Assembly: GCA_965207885.1 (NCBI GenBank)
Contig: OZ242311.1
Location: 736,001 to 800,000 of the forward strand
DNA: 64,000 bases
From: Candidatus Latescibacterota bacterium
GTDB taxonomy: Bacteria; Latescibacterota; UBA2968
Direction of reading: 5' to 3'
The position numbers were made by a program, and so were the translations under genes. This document shows, piece by piece, positions 56,558 to 64,000 of this stretch. Positions within the stretch are counted from its first letter, which is position 1. Every line of letters begins with the position of its first letter. Below the pieces are notes generated by a model, which saw only the letters and a program-made list of their open reading frames with translations, ran no database searches and had not been told where the DNA came from.

Positions 56558-57805
56558 CTAATGTCCCCTGTTCTGAAGTGCTTCGATAAATCCATCGTAA
56601 GCCGGTTTGGGCTGCAGGTGATCATCGAATAAGAGCGGCCATTCGGGACGGCCCTGACTTCGGCCAGCCTGTATGAGCCAGGTGTCCGGGTCCGCTATTC
56701 CCCATATCGTGATGCCAAATCGCTGCGCTTCCGGTACCTGGTGGAAAGCTGTCACGATTTCTATGACGCGTTTTTTTTGCAATTCGAGCCGCTCTTGAGT
56801 CGGTGCGGACAGGTCGCCATCGGGATTGATGCGGATGTCCATCTCGGAGATGTGTAGTTTGAGTCCCCGTCGCACGATTTCGTCAATGGTTTCTCGTATT
56901 GCCGAGATGTCTGGGGATTTGTAGGAAATATGCATTTGCAAACCGACCCCGTCTATGGGAATGCCGCGTGTCTGAAAATCGTCCAGCATGTTTAGCATGC
57001 CAGCGCGTTTGGCGCGGGCCCAGGGCTGCGATGTGCCGTAATCGTTGTAAAATAGCAATACATCGGGGTCTGCTTCACGGGCATACTGAAACAGGCGGGC
57101 GATGTAGTCATTCCCCATACGCTGGCTGAACAAGTTGTCGCGCACCTTTCCAGTGCCGTCAATGCCTTCGTTGACTACGTCCCAACTGACGACCCGCCCG
57201 CGATACCGCTGCACCACTGTTGTGATATATTCCTTTATGGCTGCTTCAAAGGCCGCATCGTCCCCCGAGAAGTTTTCCATCCAGGTAGGCACGGCATTGT
57301 GCCACAGCAACGTATGACCATGGACCTGCATGTTGTTGGCTTCCGCAAAATCCACGAGCGCGTCTGCTCTGCGCCAGTCATAGGTGCCGGGTCCCGTTGA
57401 AATCGGCTTCGGCTTCATTTCCCATCCGCCGGTTATGCTGCTGAACGTCCTTTTGACGATAGACACCCGGGTATCATCGGTCAAATACTTCGTCTGGAGG
57501 GACACCCCTACCGGATAATCGGCCAGATCTTTTAGTTCAACAGATTGACCGAAAACCGCGACAAACGCGAGAAAGTCCTGGATATTAACGGTGTTGTCGC
57601 CATTAAAATCCATTTTGCTATCAAAACCTTCCTCCGATGAAGTCTTTCCGAAAGCCGCGGCAAATGCGAGAAAGTCTTGAATATCAACCTTCCGATTGCC
57701 ATCAAAATCTGCGCGTGCCAGGTCGGTTTGTGCATGGGCAAGACTGGTCAGAATAGGTGTTAATCCCAGTGCGAGACATAAAAGGATTTTTGTGTGTTTT
57801 TGCAT
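56558..57805 (-). CDS. GH10 endo-1,4-beta-xylanase with N-terminal EF-hand/dockerin-like tag
   Basis: HGHTLLWH, WDVVNE, FYNDY, GLQMH, ISEMD; signal peptide. Confidence 0.92.
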   Translation of the reverse strand: MQKHTKILLCLALGLTPILTSLAHAQTDLARADFDGNRKVDIQDFLAFAAAFGKTSSEEGFDSKMDFNGDNTVNIQDFLAFVAVFGQSVELKDLADYPVGVSLQTKYLTDDTRVSIVKRTFSSITGGWEMKPKPISTGPGTYDWRRADALVDFAEANNMQVHGHTLLWHNAVPTWMENFSGDDAAFEAAIKEYITTVVQRYRGRVVSWDVVNEGIDGTGKVRDNLFSQRMGNDYIARLFQYAREADPDVLLFYNDYGTSQPWARAKRAGMLNMLDDFQTRGIPIDGVGLQMHISYKSPDISAIRETIDEIVRRGLKLHISEMDIRINPDGDLSAPTQERLELQKKRVIEIVTAFHQVPEAQRFGITIWGIADPDTWLIQAGRSQGRPEWPLLFDDHLQPKPAYDGFIEALQNRGH

Positions 57806-57945
57806 GATGCCAGATAAGTAGAGGGTGAATACTTGTTTATCGCTATACGAATGAGTTTGTCTTGCGAGGCCATCGCGTTCTGGCTACTTTGGGTATCGCA
57901 TTTTACACATCTTTCAATGAAGTGTCAATAATATCGGAGTTCATT

Positions 57946-60003
57946 ATGTCCAGAATTCAACCCCTACCTCTTCCTCAGTATTTTAATCCCGAGACTTTTA
58001 TGCTATCTCGCTGGGAAGAGGGCAAGATGTACCATGCGCCGCGTCAGGCGGCTGAGTTTGCCAATGATCTTCTGGCGAATGGCGCGCGCGAGGATATCGA
58101 TTTGGCTGAAAAGGTTCTCGATGCGATGCTGGCGTGTCAGGAGACCCGTGAAGGCGATCCTCATTTGGGGAATTTTCTCTGGGAGCGCGAGGACGAGGTG
58201 GTGGAAGATTTGAATGCGGTCCAGTTTTGTCTTTTTCAGCTTATTCCTTTGATGATTAATTATGGGGATGTGCTTTCTGAGGATTTGCAAGACCGCGTCC
58301 GGCAGAGTATTCGCCTGGGGCTGGAAGAGGTTCGCCGGATTGATGTTCATTTTCGCTATACGAATATTGTGGTTAAGGATATTACCAATACGTGTTTGGG
58401 CGGGGAGTTGCTTGGGGATGAGGCGTTCAAGAGTCGGGGGTATGAGAAGTTCCGGGCGTGGATGGATTTTATGACTCGAAATGGCTGTGCGTACGAGTTT
58501 AATAGTCCGAATTACGCGAATGTGGCGATGCGCGTTTTGCACAGGCTGGGCGAGCTGGTCCAGCACGTGCCCACGCGCATTGGTGCCAGGGCGATGTGCG
58601 CGCGTATTGGCCTTTCCGCAGCCCTGCATATTCATCCGCCTACGGGGCGCTGGGCAGGTCCTTTTAGCCGGGCGTACCGTCACGCGCTTTTTTGCCAGTC
58701 GCCGCCGGAGATTGGTGATTTTCGAGAATATATTGAGATGGGTATTCTTCCCGATTGGCTGTCCGATGCGGTCGATTACCGTCCGGAGACGTTTTTTCTT
58801 TCGGAGACGGCTGATTCGGAAAATGGCGTGGGGATTTCTACGTATCACAGTCCTTCGTTTGCGCTGGGGGTTTCGTCTCAGGAGCTTCGCAGTCAGACGA
58901 ATCGCTTTATTACCGGGCAGTCGAGTGTTTTTATCGCGCATCACAAGACGGGTACAGATCAGACGGGTATTATTTATTCCCGGTATGTGCTGGATGACCA
59001 CTGGCTCGGGTCGTTTCGGTCAACGCCCGCGCGGTCCAATGATCAGATTCTTTTTGAGGAGGGGCAGTGTCACAATGTTCAGGATGGTTCCCGGGCGATT
59101 GTGCTTTATTCGCCGAAGGATCTGGGCGCGATGGCGCCACGGAGCAGTGCCAAAGCCGTTGTGTGCTGGCACGATCGCAGTCTGGTTGATGAGATTTGGG
59201 TTGGTGATGAGAAGGTGGAGTCCCTGCCGTTCGATGTTCCGGAAGGTGCTACGGTTGGTGTTGCGCTCGGTCCCGTTCTTTCCGCGATTCGTCCGCTTGC
59301 GCGTACGGATCTGGGGCGGAATGCGCCTCTTCGTCTGGTGGCATACGATACGCATCTTTTTTTCGAGCTATATAATTATCTGGGTCCGTCCAAGACGTTC
59401 TGGGAGCAGGGACATCCGGGTTCTTTTTATCAGGGCAAACCCCGGTGCGGTTTTTATGCGGAGATGGCTGAGCGGTCGGATTATGCCGATGTGCAATCTT
59501 TTGTGCGGGCGGTTGCTGGCGGTGCTCTGATAGATGATGCTGCGCTTCCTGTGACTTATGAAGCGGGGAAGACGCGGCCGTGGTCTGTGGAATATACCCG
59601 GGATGGGGAGCGTCTCGGTATTGAGATCGATTTGCTGGCGTGGGTTCTGCAGAAGCGCTGGACGCAGGAGGGTGTCCTGGGCTGGCCTCCGCTTGAGTCG
59701 CCGTTCGCCCGTCAGAGTTGTACGGGTGAAATCTCGGTTGGTGACGCTACGTTGATCTGCGGAAGACAGCCCGCATGGCTTTTTGCATGTTCGGAGACCG
59801 AGCGCTATGTGGCTGCTTTTTACGGGGTGGAGCCTGAACCGCTGACGCTTACGGTGCCCGAGGGTGAGGTTCATGTCGAGGCGATGGGGACGGGTATTGT
59901 TGTTTGGGATAAGGGTAACGTTACCGTCGAAGCTGTCCAGTGCGCGGGTGTTGAGATTGCGGGTGGGCGTATGGTTTCTTGTATTACAGCGGAGGGCGCG
60001 TGA
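57946..60003 (+). CDS. Large hypothetical protein
   Basis: 685-aa ORF with RBS GGAG; YTNI and EFNSPNY motifs reminiscent of helical-barrel lyase-like proteins. Confidence 0.7.
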   Translation: MSRIQPLPLPQYFNPETFMLSRWEEGKMYHAPRQAAEFANDLLANGAREDIDLAEKVLDAMLACQETREGDPHLGNFLWEREDEVVEDLNAVQFCLFQLIPLMINYGDVLSEDLQDRVRQSIRLGLEEVRRIDVHFRYTNIVVKDITNTCLGGELLGDEAFKSRGYEKFRAWMDFMTRNGCAYEFNSPNYANVAMRVLHRLGELVQHVPTRIGARAMCARIGLSAALHIHPPTGRWAGPFSRAYRHALFCQSPPEIGDFREYIEMGILPDWLSDAVDYRPETFFLSETADSENGVGISTYHSPSFALGVSSQELRSQTNRFITGQSSVFIAHHKTGTDQTGIIYSRYVLDDHWLGSFRSTPARSNDQILFEEGQCHNVQDGSRAIVLYSPKDLGAMAPRSSAKAVVCWHDRSLVDEIWVGDEKVESLPFDVPEGATVGVALGPVLSAIRPLARTDLGRNAPLRLVAYDTHLFFELYNYLGPSKTFWEQGHPGSFYQGKPRCGFYAEMAERSDYADVQSFVRAVAGGALIDDAALPVTYEAGKTRPWSVEYTRDGERLGIEIDLLAWVLQKRWTQEGVLGWPPLESPFARQSCTGEISVGDATLICGRQPAWLFACSETERYVAAFYGVEPEPLTLTVPEGEVHVEAMGTGIVVWDKGNVTVEAVQCAGVEIAGGRMVSCITAEGA

Positions 60004-60599
60004 AGATTTTACTGACGGGTTTTGAACCCTGGGCAGAGTGGTCGTCCAATCCATCGGGTGTTGTGGCTGAGTCTCTGGACGGGTCTTCGATTGGTGGATG
60101 CGAGGTTGTTTCGGCTGTGTTGCCGGTTGTTCACGGGGCGGATATTGATCGGGTTGCTCCGCTGATTGCAGAGCACGAGCCGGTGGCGGTGGTGTGTTTG
60201 GGGTTGCACGGTTCTGCGTCTGCGCTCCATGTCGAGCGCGTTGGGATTAATTTGAAGGTGGTAGATGGGGTCGATTATCCCATTGTTGAAGGAGGTCCGG
60301 ATGCCTATTTTGCAACTGTGCCGACCCGGGCTATGGTTCAGCGGATGGTGGATGCCGGGGTGCCGGCGAGGCTGACGTATTCGGCGGGTACGTTTTTGTG
60401 CAATCACATTATGTATTCTGTGTTGCATCTGGTCGCTGAGGATGATCTGCCTGCGGGGTTTATTCACATGCCGCCTACGCCAGAGCTTGTTACGGAGTTG
60501 GGCAGGTCGCAGCCGAGTATGGCGTTGGAGACGATTCGCACAGGTGTGGTTGCCGGGGTTACGGCTGTGGTGGAAAATATAAAGGTCAGGAGGGTGTGA
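60000..60599 (+). CDS. pcp: Pyroglutamyl-peptidase I
   Basis: ILLTGFEP, NPS, VERVGIN, AGTFLCN, GFIHMP (Glu/Cys/His triad). Confidence 0.92.
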   Translation: MKILLTGFEPWAEWSSNPSGVVAESLDGSSIGGCEVVSAVLPVVHGADIDRVAPLIAEHEPVAVVCLGLHGSASALHVERVGINLKVVDGVDYPIVEGGPDAYFATVPTRAMVQRMVDAGVPARLTYSAGTFLCNHIMYSVLHLVAEDDLPAGFIHMPPTPELVTELGRSQPSMALETIRTGVVAGVTAVVENIKVRRV

Positions 60600-61684
60600 T
60601 GTCGAAGATCAAAATGGGGATTATTGGTTGCGGCGCGATTGCACAGGTGCAGCATATGCCCAATCTGGGTGTTTTGCACGCGCTTTATGAGGTGACGTGG
60701 GTGTGCGATATTTCGCCGGGGTTGGCGCGGTGGCTGGCAGAGGTTTTTGGCGTGCCGAATTTTACGACGGATCCGCATGAGTTGTTACAGGCGCGGGATG
60801 TGGATGCGGTGATTTTGTGCCATGCGGATCCGAAGACGGAACTGGCGGTGGCGGCTTTTGAGGCGGGTAAGCATGTGTTTATTGAGAAGCCGATGTGTTA
60901 TTCGCTTGAGGAAGTGGATGCGATATGTGCCGCGAAGGAGCGAGCGGGTACGGTGGGGCAGGTGGGCTATATGAAGGTCTATGATCCGGCGTATGAGTTG
61001 GCACGGGAGGAGGTGGGGGATGCGGGCGATGTGCGTTTTGTGCAGGTGAATCATTTGCATCCGAATAATAATTTGCATTTGAAGCAGTTTGAGTTGACCT
61101 ATTTTGACGATTTGCCGCCCGAAGCGGCAGTTGAGAGAAACAAAGCGCGGCAGGCGGCTTTGAAGCAGGCGGTGGGCGATGTGTCAGGTGATGTTGCGCG
61201 GGCGTTTTTTACGCTGTCGGGGAGTATGATTCACGATTTGTACGGGTTGCGTCTGATGCTGGGCAATCCGACTGATGTGGTGGGTACCGAGGTGTGGCAA
61301 GGCGGGCGGGCGATGACGACGATTCTGCAATATGCATCGGGGGCGCGGTGCGTGGCTACGTGGATCGATTTGCCCGATCTGTGGCATTTTAAGGAGACGC
61401 TCGAGGTTCACAAGGACGATAAGCGCGTTATTTTGTCGTATCCCACGGGTTTTGCACGGGGGATTTTGTCAACGCTGGATGTGCTGGAGATTCACGCCAA
61501 TGGGTCCCACGGTACGCGCAGTCCCGAAATTGATTGGGAGAGTCCGTTTGTGAGAGAGCTTCGGCATTTTCACGCGTGTATTACAGATGGCGAGCCGTGC
61601 CGCACACCCGTGGAAGATGCGCGGTACGATATTGGGTTGATTATTGATATTACACGGGGGTATGTGGATGGGGGGGACAAATAA
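60596..61684 (+). CDS. Gfo/Idh/MocA oxidoreductase
   Basis: GIIGCGAIA, GKHVFIEKP, MIHD. Confidence 0.9.
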   Translation: MMSKIKMGIIGCGAIAQVQHMPNLGVLHALYEVTWVCDISPGLARWLAEVFGVPNFTTDPHELLQARDVDAVILCHADPKTELAVAAFEAGKHVFIEKPMCYSLEEVDAICAAKERAGTVGQVGYMKVYDPAYELAREEVGDAGDVRFVQVNHLHPNNNLHLKQFELTYFDDLPPEAAVERNKARQAALKQAVGDVSGDVARAFFTLSGSMIHDLYGLRLMLGNPTDVVGTEVWQGGRAMTTILQYASGARCVATWIDLPDLWHFKETLEVHKDDKRVILSYPTGFARGILSTLDVLEIHANGSHGTRSPEIDWESPFVRELRHFHACITDGEPCRTPVEDARYDIGLIIDITRGYVDGGDK

Positions 61685-61720
61685 ACAATGGTTTGGTAAA
61701 GGGGAGTTTAACCAAAAGGA

Positions 61721-61749
61721 TTGACATAATATAACTAATTAGCTATAAT
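61721..61749 (+). promoter_or_regulatory. Consensus sigma70 promoter with overlapping near-palindromic operator
   Basis: TTGACA-N17-TATAAT; TATAACTAATTAGCTATA near-palindrome. Confidence 0.8.
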
Positions 61750-61778
61750 TAGAGCATGGAACGTGAAGGAGGAAGACC

Positions 61779-62105
61779 ATGGGTGAGGATATCAAAGTTG
61801 AAGAGAGCAGTGGCAATATTTTTTTAGATTTGGGCTTTGGTGAAGAGGAAGCAAAAGAGGAGTTGCTCAAAGCCCAACTCGGTGCGGAAATTTTTCGAAT
61901 TCTCGAATACCGCAAGCTGACTCAGACAAAGGCCGCGAGGATTCTGGAAGTTAAGCAGCCAGAAATTTCCCGGCTTAAAAGCGGTAAGTTTTCCTATTAC
62001 AGCGTTGAACGGCTGATGCGGTTTCTCAATCGCCTCAATTGCGAGGTCAGCATTCATATTGCATGGCCGGAGAGTGAAGGGGCCAAAAGGGTTATTGCGG
62101 TATAG
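61779..62105 (+). CDS. XRE-family HTH (HigA-like antitoxin)
   Basis: SSGNIFLDLG, LTQ.KAA..L.V.QP.ISRL, SVERLMRFL. Confidence 0.88.
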   Translation: MGEDIKVEESSGNIFLDLGFGEEEAKEELLKAQLGAEIFRILEYRKLTQTKAARILEVKQPEISRLKSGKFSYYSVERLMRFLNRLNCEVSIHIAWPESEGAKRVIAV

Positions 62106-62126
62106 TTTATCAAGTTGAATCTGATT

Positions 62127-62169
62127 AAAAGAAGCACCCGATCAATCTCATCTGATCAGGTGCTTTTTT
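62127..62169. terminator. Bidirectional terminator
   Basis: AAAAGAAGCACCcGATCA...TGATCaGGTGCTTTTTT between convergent genes. Confidence 0.75.
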
Positions 62170-62186
62170 AGTTAATTCAGTTCAAC

Positions 62187-64000
62187 CTACGCCGCACTCC
62201 GTCCCTGTCTCGCTTTTGCCTCCCGGCGGTTGTGCCATTCGACCACGATGGGCGATGCGACAAATGCCGAGGAGTAGGTTCCCACGATGACGCCGATGAG
62301 CAGGGCGAATGCAAAGTCGCGGATTACTTCTCCGCCCAGGAAGATGAGAGAGAGGACGACGAGCATGGTGGTGCCCGAGGTGAGTACCGTGCGGTTGAGA
62401 CACTCGTTGATGGCGCGGTTGATTACGCTGCTAAAGGTGTCGCGGCGATACAATTTGATGTCTTCGCGGATGCGGTCATAAACCACGATTGTATCGTTGA
62501 GGGAGTATCCCACAATGGTGAGCAGGGCCGCCACAATGGCCAGGGAGATCTCCCAATTTAGAACTGAAAAGATCCCGAGGGTGATCATGACGTCGTGGAA
62601 TAGGGCGATGACGGCTGCAATCCCAAATTCGATCTGTCTGAAGCGCCACCACACGTAAATGATAATGAGAATCATTGCGACGAGGATGGCATATACGGCA
62701 TTGGTCTTGAGTTCTTCGCCAATTTTGGGTCCGACGGCTTCCTGCCGCCGCAACCACTCGGTCTCGTCTTGAATATTGCCGGCAAAATCGGATTTGAGTC
62801 TGGTTTTTATGGCATCTGCAATGGCTGTGCCTTCGGCTTCTTCTTCAACGCGAATGAGGATGTCGTTGACCGAGCCGAATTCTTTGATTTCGCTGTTGCG
62901 CAGGTCCATGCTCTGGTCCTCAACGCGGACGTCGCCCAGAGACTGGCGGATGTCGCCGATAGAGGCCGGGGGATCAAAGTGCAATTCGAGCAATGTGCCC
63001 CCGGCAAAGTCGATGCCCAGGTTATAACCACCTTTGGTGATGGTGGATCCCAGGCCGAACAGGATGAGAACAGCCGATAGGATGAACGCGCCCCGTCGAA
63101 CACCGAGAAAGTTGATGCTGGTGTCGCCAAATACGCGCAGCCTGCCGATGCTGAGGCGGGGATTGACCTGGCGCGAGACAATGGTGTCGTAAATGGTGCG
63201 CGTGACAAAGATGGCGGTGAACATTGAGGAGATGATACCGATCATCAGGGTGAGTGCAAATCCCTTGATGGGACCGGTGCCGTATTGGTAGAGCACGATG
63301 GCGGTGATGATGGTGGTTACGTTGGCATCTACGATGGTCTGAACGGCGCGCGCATAACCATTTTCAATGGCTACCCGCAGGGTTTTTTCCGCGCGCAATT
63401 CCTCGCGGATGCGTTCGAGGATCAGCACGTTGGCATCCACTGCCATACCTATGGTTAAGATAATACCCGCTATGCCGGGCAGGGTGAGTGTGCCTTGAAA
63501 TGCCGCGAGTATGGCCATGACAAAGACGAGGTTGAGCACGAGGGCGAGGTCGGCGACGAGGCCCGAGAAACCGTAGTAGATGACCATGAAGACGATGACG
63601 ATGGCCAGGCCAATGAGGGCTGCATTTCTGCCCTGTTCTATGGAGTCGCGCCCAAGCGATGGTCCCACGGTGCGGTCTTCGACGATGTTGACATCGGCGG
63701 GTAGCGCACCCGCGCGCAGGACTATTGCGAGGTCTTTGGCTTCATCAACCGTGCCCGTGCCTTCGATTATGCCCGAGCCCTGGCTGATTTTGGAGCGGAT
63801 TGTGGGTGCGGAATAGACCTGATCGTCGAGGATGATGGCCATGCGTTCGCCCACATTGGCGCCTGTGACCCGTCCAAAGAGGCGCACGCCCTGGCTGGTG
63901 GTGGTAAAGTTGACGATGGGTTGACCGGCGTTTTCAAAGGATTGCCCGGTTGTGACAGAGGCATCGGAGAGGATTTCGCCCGTCATTTCTACGCGCCTTT
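62187..64000 (-). CDS. secDF: Protein translocase subunit SecDF (5' truncated by window edge)
   Basis: LRAGALPA, IGMAVDANV..ERIREE, GIDFAGG, GYSLNDTIVVYDRIRE. Confidence 0.96.
   Translation of the reverse strand, partial: RRVEMTGEILSDASVTTGQSFENAGQPIVNFTTTSQGVRLFGRVTGANVGERMAIILDDQVYSAPTIRSKISQGSGIIEGTGTVDEAKDLAIVLRAGALPADVNIVEDRTVGPSLGRDSIEQGRNAALIGLAIVIVFMVIYYGFSGLVADLALVLNLVFVMAILAAFQGTLTLPGIAGIILTIGMAVDANVLILERIREELRAEKTLRVAIENGYARAVQTIVDANVTTIITAIVLYQYGTGPIKGFALTLMIGIISSMFTAIFVTRTIYDTIVSRQVNPRLSIGRLRVFGDTSINFLGVRRGAFILSAVLILFGLGSTITKGGYNLGIDFAGGTLLELHFDPPASIGDIRQSLGDVRVEDQSMDLRNSEIKEFGSVNDILIRVEEEAEGTAIADAIKTRLKSDFAGNIQDETEWLRRQEAVGPKIGEELKTNAVYAILVAMILIIIYVWWRFRQIEFGIAAVIALFHDVMITLGIFSVLNWEISLAIVAALLTIVGYSLNDTIVVYDRIREDIKLYRRDTFSSVINRAINECLNRTVLTSGTTMLVVLSLIFLGGEVIRDFAFALLIGVIVGTYSSAFVASPIVVEWHNRREAKARQGRSAA

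Noticed and set aside
1-64000. tRNA, rRNA, prophage or integron
   Set aside because: No cloverleaf or rRNA signatures, phage genes, integrase or attC-like array were recognised by eye

Overview
64 kb of a bacterial chromosome. The + strand is strongly G/T-skewed irrespective of gene direction, so it is probably the leading strand. The gene content (UBact-proteasome operon, four sulfatases, six PhyH-family Fe/2OG enzymes, internalin-like LRR, EF-hand/dockerin-like tags) suggests a Latescibacterota/Handelsmanbacteria/Poribacteria-like organism, possibly a sponge symbiont; this is inference. Core genes include dop-ubact-prcB-prcA-pafA, acnA, gpmI, cysC, rlmB-like, pcp, secDF (partial) and a TRAP transporter. 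Mobile and accessory parts are two IS4-family elements with TIRs and 9-bp TSDs, a TnpB-only IS200/IS605 element whose empty site can be reconstructed, and three toxin-antitoxin-type loci. Most notable: (1) four PhyH-fold paralogues replace the HxD iron ligand with HxG/HxA/HxN, the signature of Fe/2OG radical halogenases; (2) five unrelated secreted proteins share one paired EF-hand/dockerin-like tag, and one also carries a cohesin-like domain and variable LRRs; (3) a translationally coupled QueF pair in which one copy lacks the catalytic residues; (4) nested intergenic palindromes (CGTC-type and GTAG-type REPs, ~30-nt micro-hairpins, heptamer tracts), nearly all in one orientation. No rRNA, tRNA or CRISPR array was seen. 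All family assignments come from motif recognition by eye, not database searches.
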